The notes under the pieces are model-generated. The model was not told the DNA's origin. It saw only the letters and a program-made list of their open reading frames with translations, and searched no databases. A stretch of 63,009 nucleotides of DNA, the filler included, from Reticulomyxa filosa (lineage: Eukaryota; Protista; Foraminifera), in the NCBI GenBank assembly GCA_000512085.1. It is 24 parts of 24 records of this genome, joined end to end, with 100 filler letters (N's around TTAATTAATTAA, not from the genome) between each part and the next. Parts side by side here need not be neighbours in the genome. Positions count along the whole stretch, not along the records: positions 23,772 to 27,374 come from ASPP01018685.1; positions 27,475 to 29,912 come from ASPP01001824.1; positions 30,013 to 31,857 come from ASPP01012809.1; positions 31,958 to 34,240 come from ASPP01029380.1; positions 34,341 to 36,724 come from ASPP01015093.1; positions 36,825 to 41,736 come from ASPP01022310.1; 18 more parts are not named here. The stretch is one strand, 5' to 3'. This document shows, one piece after another, positions 23,836-37,082 of this stretch (positions are counted from its first letter, which is position 1; each line of letters starts with the position of its first letter). A program made the position numbers and the translations under genes.

Positions 23836-25027
23836 ATGGAACAAATCAAAAAAGAATCAAAAAAGAATAAAATTGAAATAAACATTAAAAATAATGAAGA
23901 CAGAAAAGAGGACGATTTCACCCACCAATTATCGCAATTCAAATACAAACAATTTTCCACATATAACATTGATTTGTTTCGTTCTTCTAAATTACTCAAA
24001 ACATTCACTGAACATAATAACAATGTTTACAGTATCGATTATTCCACATTTTATGATGGTCAATTCATTTGTTCTGGATCAGGAGATAACACGGTTCGTG
24101 TATGGGATATAGAAGACAATTCACAAATTCAATCATTCAATGGACATTCAAAATATGTGTATTGTGTAAAATTTTCACCATATCATTATTATAATAATCA
24201 TCGCATGTCTTTGTTCTTCATCAGAAGATAAGACAATTCGTTTTTGGGATTTCAAAGATAATAAACAATTGAAATTATTAAATGAATACACTGACTGGGT
24301 TGGTGGTATTGAATTTTCACCATTTTATAGTGGTCGATATTTGTGTTCTGGATCTGGTGATAAAACTATTCATTTGTGGGATGTTGAAACATTCAAATCA
24401 TTACATGTTTTCAATGGACATGCAAAAGGTGTTTGGTGTGTTGATTTTTCACCATTACAAAGCGGTAGCAATAACAGTGAGAAAATTAATAATATTGGTG
24501 TGATTGGCGGTAATGGATATACCATTTGCTCTGGATCAAATGATAAAACCATTTGCATGTGGGATATTGAAACAGCCAAACAAATTATTGTTTTCAAAGG
24601 ACATAAAGATTGTGTGAGAAATGTAAAATATGGTCGTGAAAATACAATATTATCTGGATCAGAAGATAAAAGTGTTTGTTTATGGGATATTCGATCTGGC
24701 CAACCGATTCAACAGTTTAAAGGACATAAGAATTTTGTATACGCTGTTGAGTATTCTCCATTTATAATAAAGGATATTATTGAAGTTGTTGGTTCGAATG
24801 TATTATGTTCTGGATCATTGGATAATACAATTCGTTTTTGGGATATTCGATCAAACAAAAATGAATTGTTTGTGATCAAAGGAGACGAAAAAGAAGACAA
24901 AGGAATATTATGTCTAAAATTTATGTCATTGAAAAAGAAAGTAAAGAGCAATGAACAAAAAGCAAATGGAGACTGTGTTAATTTATGTTATGGTTCAACC
25001 AAAGGTCCCATTCGTGTTTGGGGGTGA
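23836..25027 (+). CDS. WD40-repeat protein (expanded lineage-specific family); one frame break at about 24205
   Basis: Multiple GH...SGSxDxTIxxWD repeats; CGCATGTCTTTGT appears to lack bases relative to an expected RNVIC, so this is either a sequencing indel or a pseudogene. Confidence 0.9.
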
Positions 25028-26668
25028 ATATATGAACGCAGTTACTTTGAAATTATCACAATTTTTATTAAGTGAAAGACATCAATAAAATTTTTTTGGT
25101 TTTCATTTTCCAATCCATTTATTTTGACACTTGAGTTTTGGTTGATTTCTTTCTTGAACATTTTTAGCGTTCTATGAAAAAGATGGACCAATTTTTTCGC
25201 TTTTTCATTTAACTATTTCATTAAAATGGGATGGATGGTTTGAGACAAATCACGTATACATTATTGGAGGATAAAATGAACAAAATATCGAACTGTCAAC
25301 TCACACAGAGACAAAAGTACTGTATGGAATCCTTCACAATTGGCAATAATTTGTTTTTTTTGGATTAAACATAAATAAATTTTACATTGCATGAAACTGA
25401 TTAACAAATAATAAATAATGAATAGTCAAAAAAAAGAAATAAAATTTGTTATTCTACATTGATCCGGACTTTAAAGATAAAATTAAGATTGATGATTTTA
25501 ATCATAAATTACTTTCGTTTTTGTGAATCATTGACTAAGCTAAAAAAGTTTGTCATGTCTTCATTTCTTTTTTAAAGAATTAGAATCGATATTGATCTTA
25601 ACAATTCTTGGCATTTAACCAGGATGTATTTGCATTTTCATTCTTCAATGAAAAAAGTGTGATACACCAAACGTGCATAATTGATGAAGAAAAAAATAAA
25701 AATAATCAATAGCGAGATTTTTGAAATCGATTTTCCTGACACTGGATATGAAGTGAAAATCCATTCAAATTATGAGATTTAAAGAACACGAAAACACAGT
25801 GCGTGATTTAAACTCCTTTTGAATTTAAACACTATAATTAATCATGTTATCTTTTGCACATGAGATAATCTGGAATGTACATTTCTAAAAAATTTCTCAT
25901 TTCTCAGTTCTTAAATAGTGAGGCAATTAAATTTGTTAAAAAAATAGAGTTGGTTACCATAAAAATTCGTCGACTTAGTAAAACTTAAAAAAACTACATA
26001 AGCAATTCATACAATCAAAGAAAGTGTAATAAAGAAAATGAGTAGGATGGAAGAGAAAAAAAGCAAAGCAGTGCGAAAATGGACTTGAAGTCAGTTCTTC
26101 AACAGCGGTCTTGCTTTGATAAAAATTGGACTTTACAACCGAACCAGAAGGAAGACGTCAACGATTTTATTGCAAACAAGTCGCCAATAACTCAATGAAA
26201 ATCGATTGCTCTCAACCCAAAATATGGATGAATCATTGACCGTTGAAACAATTTCTTAGTAAAAATCCAATTAGTTTTCAGTCAATATCATGACAACTGT
26301 TTGGGAGATGTTGGTAATATCTTGATAAATGTTTCAATTTAGTGACTACAAATCTCTTTTCCATGAAATTTGAAAAATCATAAATGCCATTTTCTAGATA
26401 TTTTTGAATCGTTGAAAATTAACTTAACTTTTTGTATTATTAAAAAAAGTTTTTCATCAATAAGACTGTTATAGTGATTCGTTTAGAGCTTTTTTTTTGC
26501 GTGATTGTATTTTAAGCAATCAAATTGAAAATTGATGCTCTTTCAACTTGAAAGATAAATTTTTCAAGGTAAGCATTTAAAAAAGCTTAGAAGAGAAAAT
26601 AATATCATTGAGAAAAATTAAGTAATTTATGCAATATGATTTGCATTCACGGAACTTAGTTACTTAAC

Positions 26669-27374
26669 TTAACTGATATTTTTTCTATATTCGAATTTAT
26701 TCTCCATATTTGAACTAATTTTGTCCATATTCGAACTTATTTTGTCAATAGTCGAACTTATTTTGTCCATAGTCGAACTTATTTTATCCATATTTGAACT
26801 TATTTCGTCCATACTCTTTTTGAGATCGGGAAACAATCCAATTGATCCATATTGTTGGTGAACACGCGATTCATATTTTAGCAACTTATTCAGAAGGGAT
26901 TTGAGTTCCACAGATAGATCTACCCATTTTGTAAAGTCATGTTCTACCACTGGAATGAATTGCGAATGAAAGACTTTTCATTGTATAAGTACATAAATAG
27001 GAGAAAAATGGTTATTTATACATTTATTTATAAAGAACAGAAAAAGAACTGTCTGGCAAAGATGGATCAATAATGAATATTGTTTGTTCGGGGTGCATTG
27101 CTTCCATTTCTATCATTAATTGAGCGATTTGATTTGCACTTATGTCCTTTACCTTATTCATGATAAAATTTTGTAACTCGTCGAATTTGAACATGCCTTC
27201 TTGCGTGACAATAATCTTTTTTTTACTAAATTTAATCATTGCCTTGAGAACTTCTTTCAATAGCTTAGTGATTTGATCTTTTTTTTGTTCTTTTACTTTT
27301 TTTCTTTCTTTTTTTTCATTATTAGCTTTCTTTTCTTCATTGTCATCTTCTTTTTTTTCTTCTTCTTGCTTTTT
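26669..27374 (-). CDS. Hypothetical coiled-coil protein, 5'-partial, one intron, with C-terminal heptad repeats
   Basis: Two same-strand ORFs separated by an AT-rich GT-AG segment; MDKISS(N/T) repeats. Confidence 0.55.
26690..26812 (-). repeat. 21-bp coding tandem repeat (5-6 units)
   Basis: Repeated plus-strand unit CCATA(T/G)TCGAACTTATTTTGT, encoding MDKISS(N/T). Confidence 0.85.
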
Positions 27375-27546
27375 NNNNNNNNNNNNNNNNNNNNNNNNNN
27401 NNNNNNNNNNNNNNNNNNTTAATTAATTAANNNNNNNNNNNNNNNNNNNNNNNNNNNNNNNNNNNNNNNNNNNNTTTTTTTTTTTTTTTATATAGTTGTC
27501 GTTGAAATTAAATTTTTACTATTAATTTTTTTTTTTTTTTTTTTTT

Positions 27547-27675
27547 GCAAAGTGGACAGAAGGTGATCTTAAATTGATTGTCGAAAATTGGATGCACGAT
27601 TTACAATGGCAAGGTCATGGGTGGATTGATGAATTCTACCCGATTATTCTTGCTTTTCTTTGTGGCAAAATTTGA
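27547..27675 (+). CDS. Terminal exon of an unknown gene
   Basis: Short open frame after a poly-T intron-like tract: KWTEGDLKLIVENWMHDLQWQGHGWIDEFYPIILAFLCGKI*. Confidence 0.4.
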   Translation, partial: AKWTEGDLKLIVENWMHDLQWQGHGWIDEFYPIILAFLCGKI

Positions 27676-27921
27676 ACAAAAAAATTAATATTATTCGTCA
27701 AAGTATTTTTGTTGTTGTTTTTTCTGGTGAGAAACAAAAATAAAAATGATTTCAAGCACTTCTACTTTTTTTTAATCGCTGTGTTTTATCACTTACTCTA
27801 CTATTTGGGTCTTTTTTTTTTAAAAATTTTAAAAAAAAACTATTTGACCTTGATCAAAATTCAAAATACAGACACAAATCTTGCACTTTGAGACTTAGTT
27901 TGAAACTCCTCCCTTTTCCGT

Positions 27922-29222
27922 TCATAATTTAGCACTTTGTGGTTTGGGGATAAGATTAAATTGGATCAAACCTTTGATCGAATCAAACAATACGTCTCTG
28001 ATAGGACGATGAACCACACGTAAGTCAGAGCCAGTAGACTTGGAGTCACACACGCGGAGCTTTCCATACATTGGCAATACAAGATTTCGTATGAAAGCAC
28101 TGTCAGATGTTTTCTTCACAAAGTATTCATAAGGCTCAAATCTTTGAGAAACGATGAATCCTTTCGTTCCAAATTCGAAATGCAAATACTATAACAATGA
28201 TAACAAGAATATGTGCTTGTTTATATATGTATGTACATATATTATGTATATATATATATATTATTTTTTTTTTTTGTTGAAGAAAATCACCAAACTTTTG
28301 CAATGTCCGCATACCAAATGCTATCACTACATATCAAGTATCTTTTTCCATTGGCCTTGTCACACGTCAAAGCTGCAATATGCGCAGAGGCTACGTCACG
28401 GACGTCGCAAATCGAGTAATGGATTTTTGGGATCGCAGTGTGCTTATTAAATAGCAACGCAATGGCACTCAAGCTTTCTGGAAAACGTGGAGCCAGCACT
28501 GGACCCAAAGTTAGAGTCGGTGCTATGGACACAACCTGAAATGGATAATTGTGCTTCGCTACAAAATCAAATGCTAATTTCTCAGCCAATGTTTTAGATT
28601 TGGCATAAAATGAAACCTTTTTTTTTAAATTTCGTTATTATTGTTCGTAATATTTTCGTATATTTTTATATTTAAATTACTTGTGTATATGTATGTACAC
28701 ATACACATCTTTTTTTTTTTTTTTTTGCAAAACGTGGGGTTTAGTGACGTCTGTCCATATTTCGGGTGAGACAAATACACAACTTGTATTTGGATCAGCA
28801 GACGGAAGTGCTTCCATTGCACCATTGGTGGAAGTATACACCAATTTTTTGACTGACCTACTTTGTAAGCAAGCGTTTAGGATACGTTGCATTCCTTGAA
28901 TTGTTGGTGTCAAGAAGTCTTCTTGCGTTTTTTTTGCTCCTCGAAATGACGGTAATATACCCGCCGTGTGGATCACATAATCACATTTTTCTACTGCCTT
29001 TCTCCAGTTTTTGTCCGAATTTAAGTCACATTCTATCAACTCTATGTCATTCTTGTCACCGGTCAACAAATGACTCAAGTCACATTTTTTACGGTTTCGA
29101 ACGGTTCCACGCACTCTATACCCTTCCGAACACAGTTGCTGTATTATATGACTTGCAATGAAACCAGACGCTCCAGTAACCAAAACTAATGGCATGTCTC
29201 CTACTATTGTATATTCTGCCAT
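27922..29222 (-). CDS. Extended SDR NAD(P)-dependent epimerase/reductase (aldehyde reductase/DFR/CCR-like), 3 exons
   Basis: VLVTGASGFIASHI Rossmann motif; VRGTVR; VIHTA; YAKSK catalytic YxxxK; DVRDVA.AHI; (AT)n-rich introns at about 28617-28733 and 28180-28293. Confidence 0.92.
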
Positions 29223-30089
29223 CCCAAATCTTTTTTCGAAATCGACAGACCACAACTAATTTTTTTTAATACAAGTTGGCCCAACTAGAACTTTGACTTT
29301 TGATCTGTGGTATAGTGTCAAGTTTAATAAAAATAATCATATTCTTTTTTTGTGAAAAAAAATTTTGAATTGAATTTTGTTATGTAAGTTTTAGTTTAGA
29401 TTTGAAATGGGAAAGACATCATTAATTTAATCATTCTTTAATTTTTAATTCATTCACGCTCAAAAATACCTTCACTCGTGTTGTAGAATTTATTTTAGAT
29501 CAAAAAGAATAACACAAAAAAAAGCAACTTTGGACTCACAACTTGTCCAAAAAAAATCGAATATCTTAATACTATTTTATGAAGATAATAAATCCTTTTC
29601 ATGAAAAAAATTTGATCCTGATCTGATCTTGTCTTTTCTGAATAAAAATAATTATCTATGGTGTTCTTTTTATTTTTATAATGATTTATTGCTTCTTAGC
29701 CGAACAAAATTTTTTTATACAATTTTTTGTAAATTTCGGAAAAAATATCTTTTTATTTACTGTGTTCATATTGTATGAAAAAAAATATTTGATGATTTAA
29801 TATTTTTATCACAAAATCTTTTTCGTCTCGAATGTAAAAAACCGTATTCAATGATTAACATTAAAAAAACAATTAAAAATGAATCTATTAGTTTTTGCTT
29901 CAGTGAGCATAGNNNNNNNNNNNNNNNNNNNNNNNNNNNNNNNNNNNNNNNNNNNNTTAATTAATTAANNNNNNNNNNNNNNNNNNNNNNNNNNNNNNNN
30001 NNNNNNNNNNNNATGATAATGATAATGATAATGACAATGACAATGACAATGATAATAATGAAGAAGATAAGGCAAAGCCCAAAAGCAAA

Positions 30090-31024
30090 ATGAGCAACTA
30101 TCGACTGAAAGACAAAATCGAAGGGAAACTTGAGGCGTCCATTGATCAACAGAAAAAAGTGCTGCGGCAAATGCAACAAGAACTAAATACAACCAGCAAA
30201 CAGATTCGGATTCAATTGATGATGGACCAAAAGCTGGCCAATGACGTGTTCGAAAAAGTTTTGGATGACCTCCAACAACAAATCGAAATTCAACAGCAAT
30301 TGCTTAGGGTGGCTTTACAGCAACATCAAACATGGCTGGGTGATGTCGCCTATTGGGAAGATGCTTTGGAAAACCAATATTGGAAGTGCAAAACAGATGC
30401 AGAGAGCAAAGCATTGTTGAGAAAGGTAAACAATTTTATCACGATTGCTTACGCAAGTGCAAAAGTAAATATGTTGTTCCTTTAAACCAAGTTCTCCTCA
30501 AGTTTTGCAAACATTTTGTCAACATCGATCATACACTCCAAAATGTTTTGCATTCAATTGGCTTTTGTGTGTTGTCTTTGCTGATATTAAGGTATGATCG
30601 AGTGCCGTTGACACAGAAGATAGCAGGGTCGCTAACTGGCAAAGCGGCTTTAAAACCTATCAATGTCGTTGCAAAGATTGTCAAAAAACTCGGTGAGAGT
30701 GCCAATGAAAAAGAACGAAAACCTCAAAATAATGACGTATCGGTTGCTTCCAAAGAAAATAACAAATTGAAAAAAAATTTTATTTTACGTGTTGAATTTG
30801 ATCCACCCAAAGACGATAGTTCCCAAATCAGTGGCTATGTTGTGCAACTGATACAAAGAGACTTTGAACCGAAAATTTCTGAAGTTGGAAGAGAAGAGAG
30901 ATATCTTGAAATTGAGCTGCCTCAAGAATTGAAGAGGTGGTGTGGGGATGTATGGGTTCAAAGTCAAAACGATGTTGGGTTAGGCGAAGCAACGCATATT
31001 GCTGTTGATCTAGCCATTTATTAA
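30090..31024 (+). CDS. Coiled-coil + fibronectin type III domain protein (TRIM-like C-terminal half), partial, one intron
   Basis: Q/L-rich coiled coil, then LRVEFDPPKDDSSQISGYVVQ...VWVQSQNDVGLGE (FN3 signature W.PP.d....I.gY.v / V.A.N..G.g). Confidence 0.65.
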
Positions 31025-31957
31025 GTATTTTTATTGGTGATATGGTTTATTTGTTGCTTTTTTTTCGCTTGAGCCCATGTCATTCAAACGTGCTCACTGC
31101 AGTAGCAAAATACAACCTGCAGCACAAGTTAAAAAAATACGAGAAAAAAAAGTAAAGACAGCAAATTTTTCCCACGTTGATACAATAAAATAAATGAATG
31201 ATTTTAATAATGAATGTTTTTTTTTTTTACACTCTTTATTCGACAAAAAAGTATGACAGTTATTTTATGTGTCTGCATCAATTTCTAAGTAATTGCCATG
31301 TTGATCCTTAACATAATAAGTTGGCACGCTTTGTGGTTTCTGTGCCGTCAGTTCCACATCTCCTTGATCTTCTATTACTTCATCATCTAAAATTGATTGG
31401 TCTGGAAAATCTTCCTCATCTAGATAAAAGATTTTATGTATTGTTATTGGTATTGACAAAAAAAGCAGAGAGAAGACGAAGAAAAAAAGAAATATATGTA
31501 CCCTCTGATTCATCAGAATTATTTTTCGTATTTTGCTTTTGCTGCAACATTTCTTTTCTTGTCTTTTCCAATCTTCGTTTCAAATCACGTTTTTGAACCT
31601 TTCATTTGGATTTTTGAATAAGCCGTTATCACTGCCTTCGCTATCACTACCGTCTTTATTAAATTCAACATAAGAATCATTTTTGTTTGATTTCTGGCCA
31701 AACCAACTTGGCAACATGTTTCCAAGGCTGGAATTTTTTTTAGATCTCGTTTTTTTCTTTGATTTTTTTTGTTCTTCTGTACGAGTTATTTGCAATCATA
31801 AAAAAAAAAAAATAATAATAATGTGTTCACGTGATTCGAGACAGCTACAAAAAAAAANNNNNNNNNNNNNNNNNNNNNNNNNNNNNNNNNNNNNNNNNNN
31901 NTTAATTAATTAANNNNNNNNNNNNNNNNNNNNNNNNNNNNNNNNNNNNNNNNNNNN

Positions 31958-34200
31958 AAGAATTACTTCCAGATATCAATGTATTGTCCCTGTGATGAAA
32001 TGTCTCGTCGTTGGTGACAGGTCATGGAAACCAGACAATAGGATCAAGGTTGTCAAGGCAGCAGCGAAGTTCGTTATCGATACCAAGACAAATTTCAATT
32101 TAAATGGAATAACTTTATTGTTTTTCTTTTAATTATTTTTGTGTGGACGTAAGAGTTTGTGATGTTCTGTGTTCTATTTTTTTTTTTTTAGATTAGGAAG
32201 TTGTAATATTGAAATTCCAATAAATTTCAGGAACATCATTTTCTCCAAGTTCTTCCATCAATCTTTGGCACTCTGTAATCGGAAATTTGTAAATCTCTGG
32301 ATTGCATTTGTTGTGAATCGCATCCACAGCAAATTTGCAGTCAGAGAGGATTACAACTGTTTGACGGATTGCCTCAACTTCACATCCAATCATTGGATAT
32401 TGATCAGGATATACATCCGAATACCAACTTCAGAATCATGGATATATTGATAATTTTCATCTCCAAATTATCTTTACATCAATATCGACAATTGATATGC
32501 TCTATTCCAGAATGCATAGGCATATTCCAAATCTGGTAAAAAAAACCAAAGATAGTCTGATAATTGTCGTGTACATTTTTTTTTAGATGAAAAGAATGTA
32601 ATTTGTTAAATTGACAAAAAAAAAGGCAAAATATTGTAAAACAAGCACCTTATTCAAAGTTGAACACAGTACTAAATGATATAATACGTTACAAAAAGTA
32701 ACTAACAAATAACATTCTGCTTCAACATTGAAGCAATAAATTTTACTTTAAAATTTGTTTTGGTGAAAACAAATATTGCAATTTTTATACAATTCAAAAT
32801 GATGTCAATTTAACCAACAAACATCTTTAATCATCACACATTCACATTGCTCACCTCTGTGCAGCTCAGATGGAATCCAAGAGTCCCTTTGAGACCACGC
32901 TCAGATTCTACGAGACTTCAGCAATCAATTTAAAATGTATTAAAAAATCAACAATATCAGTCACCACCACTAACAAAGTTAAACTATTGCAATCAAAATA
33001 AAATAAAATTTGTTGAAGCTTTCTTGTTGGACTTTTAGTTAGTCAATGATTGATGCAAGTGGATATTTTTTTTTGTCGTGTACAAAGACAAATTCCTTTA
33101 TATGAACACAGGAATGTTAAATATCCAAGTTTCTTCGATGCTTTGCCATGCCATTTGTTGATCAATAATCAAACCTAAATATTTCACATGATCTGCTTCT
33201 TCAATTTCATTCCCATTCAATTTCAATTTTATCTTTAGATTTTCGTTTATTTTTCAGCTTGAATGTGATGTGATGGATAACTGAAATCTTGTTTGGATTC
33301 TTGCCTTAGTTTCTTATTGCTGCCCGCTTGTATTTTCTATAATTCAATTCCAAATCAAAAGAAATTATTGCTGGTATTCGTTGATTATCTTCGCATTGGT
33401 TGTATCTTGTTGCCGTTTTTTGAATGTTTCTGTAAAAACTGCAGACATTATCGATTTCTTTCACCCGAATGCAATTTTAATCTAACACAATTCAGGAATT
33501 TGTCTTTATCCGTTTCAAGCATCTTTTTTGTTGAATGGAGATCTGCCTATTTTATTCCAAAATTCGTTATACAAAGCCTGGAAGTAATTTCTTGATGTTC
33601 TTCTTGTTGTCTTTGACCGGAAACATTCCTGAAGGAGTTAAACTGCGTGGAGGCTCTGCTCCAGTAGTTGGGCTTTTGAATAAAAGCAGTTTATGTTATT
33701 CTAAAAAATCAACATATTATTTTGACTGGTTTCTTGTTGTTTTCGTTTCTTGATTTCCTCGAAATAGTAGTTTCGTCGATAGATTTGACATTTAATTTGT
33801 CTTTTTTCTTCTCTTTTTTACATTAATATCGGAAATGTCATCATTTTCTGACAATTTCTTCTTTTTTGTCTTATTCATCGCTGATCTTTGTGATAATGGA
33901 ATCCCAACTCCAGAATTACCAAATAATTCACTCAACATATTCGATTTCATTCCCGATTTCAATGTCCCATTGGGTATCTTGAAATTACAATGGCACCATC
34001 ACAAGTTTGAGAATTTGCTTGCTGCATCTTTATTTTAAATTGGTTTTGTAGCTCCGGACAGCATCTTTTTTAAGCGCAAAAAACGGACAGATAAAAGCAG
34101 AAATTCTTTTAAAATCCTGTGTTTCTAGACCTCGCTCGATAAAAGACTCTTTCTTTTAACTGCAGGGCTTTACTATGGAGATCTGGAAAGTTTATGCCGA
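31958..34200 (-). mobile_element. Decayed non-LTR retrotransposon (RT + RNase H), interrupted by a SINE-like insertion; LINE 3'-end fragment in opposite orientation at 31958-32175
   Basis: Minus-strand remnants HVKYLGLIIDQQ, KKLGYLTFLCSYKG, YTTIIR..PDLEYA and RNase H VILSDCKFAVDAI...PEIYW; 31975-32170 matches the reverse complement of 37890-38120. Confidence 0.8.
32576..33072 (-). mobile_element. SINE-like short retroposon, copy A, with poly(A) tail and 12-bp TSD
   Basis: TTGTCGTGTACA duplicated at 32564-32575 and 33073-33084; T-run at the left end; core homologous to 37640-37880 and 39950-40200. Confidence 0.8.
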
Positions 34201-34340
34201 ATAACGACGACACCCAAATAAATTGCAACCAACAAGTTTTNNNNNNNNNNNNNNNNNNNNNNNNNNNNNNNNNNNNNNNNNNNNTTAATTAATTAANNNN
34301 NNNNNNNNNNNNNNNNNNNNNNNNNNNNNNNNNNNNNNNN

Positions 34341-35883
34341 GTCGTTGGCGGCCTTGTAGGTTGTTTTGTTGGCTGTTTTGTTGGCTGCTTTGTTGGCTGC
34401 TTTGTTGGCTGCTTTGTTGGTTGTTTTGTAGGCTGTTTCGTCGGTGGCTTTGTCGGCAATTTTGTTGGCGGTTTTGTTGGCGGTTTTGTTGGCGGTTTTG
34501 TCGGTTGTTTTGTCGGTGGTTTTGTAGTTGGCGGTCTTGTAGGTTGTTTTGTAGGTTGTTTTGTAGGTTGTTTTGTAGGTTGTTTTGTGGGTTGTTTTGT
34601 GGGTTGTTTTGTTGTTGGTTTCTTTGTAGGCATTCGACTTGGTAAAGTGGTTGGACGTTTGGTTGTCGTTGTCTATATTTTACAGATAATGCATTTTGAA
34701 TACCGTTTTTAATTTTTTTTTTAATTTGAAATAATTTGAAAAGGTAAGTTAAATATCCGTTTGTTTTTTTTTTTTTTGACTATTAAAAAAAATTTGTGAC
34801 ACGAATTTGCACATATGTATAACTGTGGAAGACTGGATAATACTTACACCAGAACACTTTCCAACACATGAGCAATCATTCACATTTTTGCATTTCATCA
34901 CGGTGCTCTGTGTGGTTCAAAGTTTGTTTGTTTTATTGTTGTTGTTAATGATGATTTGTTTTACTTATTTCGAATTGAAAGAGAGGCAAAAAAGGGGAAA
35001 GAAGGAAGAAGGGACAAAATGGAGAAGTTTTTTTTTTGTTTTTTTTTTTTTTTTGGTAAAGAGGAAATAAAGTTCATTAGCCCTAGTTTATTAACACCTG
35101 GCAAGTTCCCTGTGAACAATCTGTAAGACAGTCATAACCATTATCAGTATTGCAATTTACGGTTTCTTGGTCAACAGCGTTATTTGTGTTCGAGTCCAAT
35201 GTACATTGCGCATTACCTTGGTGTCGTCGATGTGTATATATTTTTTTTTTTTTTTGCTGTATGTATATAGTATTTTTTTAAAATTAAAATTAAAAAAAAA
35301 AAGGGGGGGAGGGGATGAAAACAAACAATCAAAACTAAAGGAGATCACAATTTTTTTTTTTTTTTTTTTAAATCATACCATAACAACTCAAAGAACCACC
35401 AGTACATGAATATTGATAGTCACAGTCTTTGGAACATGAGATTGAACTTTGAAGTGTCCCCCATGTCTGGCTCGTGTAACCTGGGGGCACATATGACCCA
35501 CAATATACGTCTACTCCCGTACAACTTCCGTAGCATAGTGTTGTCGCATTTTTTCCACTGTAAAGGTTTACATTATTGCACGCACCATAACCCCAACACA
35601 CTAACCACACCGAAGTGGTCGCTGATGATGCTGGACAATATACATTCAAGTCGTTGCATGGATTGTAAACTTTTTTGTTGTTGTTGTATTTTATTTTGTT
35701 TAGTTGTTTGTCTTCCCCACGAAAAAACTATTGCTTGTTGTTTACAGTGCAAAGTTAAAAGTGATTTTCCGGTTTACCATCGCAGTATATCAGAGACGTT
35801 GAGCCACTACAAGTCACATTGCCTGAGCGAGTTGCTGCAAAAGTCACAGAAATCAAAGTCAACAAAAATATAATGGCATTCAT
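34341..35883 (-). CDS. Secreted Cys-rich protein with a mucin/extensin-like PT(K/R)(Q/P) repeat stalk, multi-exon, 3'-partial
   Basis: MNAIIFLLTLISVTFA signal peptide from ATG 35883; Cys-rich exons (C.G.GAC, CYGSC); 12-bp tandem repeat 34341-34670 encoding PTKQ/PTKP. Confidence 0.75.
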
Positions 35884-36824
35884 CGGATATTGTTTGTTGA
35901 TTTTTCTTCTAGAGTTCTCATTTATCTTCACTCAACAAATTTCTCTCTTGTTTTCCTCATTTAAAAACATTTAATGATTATTTTATCCACTTTCTTGTTT
36001 GTGCTATCGTGCACTGTAGTAACTAGATTATATTTTTTTTTTTCTTTGGTATTCCAAAGGCTTTCATATATTGTGTGTGCATCGGAAGTGGTAAGAACAC
36101 TATATTGCATTTCATAGAGCCATCAAAGTTTATTGACGTATTTCTCTAACATGTAAAAGTTGAAATTTTTTGTACGCATATATGGACGAAGTGTTTTTTG
36201 CACAAACACAAAGAGCAAGCAACAAACAAAGTCGGCTAACGTTTTTTGCAAGCAGAGACCTCCCAAACTTTTAATTAACATAGTTTTTACAACACTCAAA
36301 GCAAGAGTATAATATGGAACCAAAAGTGGCGCGTCTTCACACATTGTCTGTCTCAAACGTTGAAAATCACGGAATCTTTTCAGACGTTGCTACAGAACCA
36401 GTAAGCCCAAAGGAGGTCCAGATGGAGCTTCCTGAGATGGCACCAGCCAATAGAAGTAAATTTTTGCAAAAACAACAGCTCAAAACATCTTCAGTCAAGT
36501 AAAAAAAAAAAGTACAACAGACTTCTCATGGACAACTTTTTTGCAATTTAAAAAAATCCTTATAGTGAACAGCAAAGGGGGTCATGTAAGGACATTTTGT
36601 TTTTTAGGTTCTATTATTTTTTTTAAATTAAAAAAACAATAAAATTAAGGGACAAAAAAAGGGTACGTATTCGATAGTGTGTACGTATGCGCGTATATCT
36701 ATGTATGCGTATATATAATCCTTANNNNNNNNNNNNNNNNNNNNNNNNNNNNNNNNNNNNNNNNNNNNTTAATTAATTAANNNNNNNNNNNNNNNNNNNN
36801 NNNNNNNNNNNNNNNNNNNNNNNN

Positions 36825-36952
36825 GAGATGATAACGAAAGTTACGGAATGACATGTTTTAAATTTCTACAATTGAAAAAGAACAATGACGGCAGTGATTG
36901 TGACATTAATTTGTGTTATGGTTCGAAGGGCTATATTAATATTTGGGGATAG
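36825..36952 (+). CDS. 3' end of another WD40-family paralog
   Basis: ..YGMTCFKFLQLKK..CDINLCYGSKGYINIWG* parallels the C-terminus of the 23836-25027 protein (GILCLKFMSLKKK..NLCYGSTKGPIRVWG*). Confidence 0.75.
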
Positions 36953-37082
36953 TGTCACCCTTTCTAACAACAAAAATATTATTGAAAAGGTGTTATGTAC
37001 TGGATCATCATTTGATTGAAATGATATTTTACATATCTCCAGAGAAACATTCAAATTGATTTCGCATTTACATTTTTTACTT

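Noticed and set aside
34341-34670. 12-bp tandem array as CRISPR or satellite DNA
   Set aside because: No unique spacers; it is the in-frame PTKQ coding repeat of a secreted protein.
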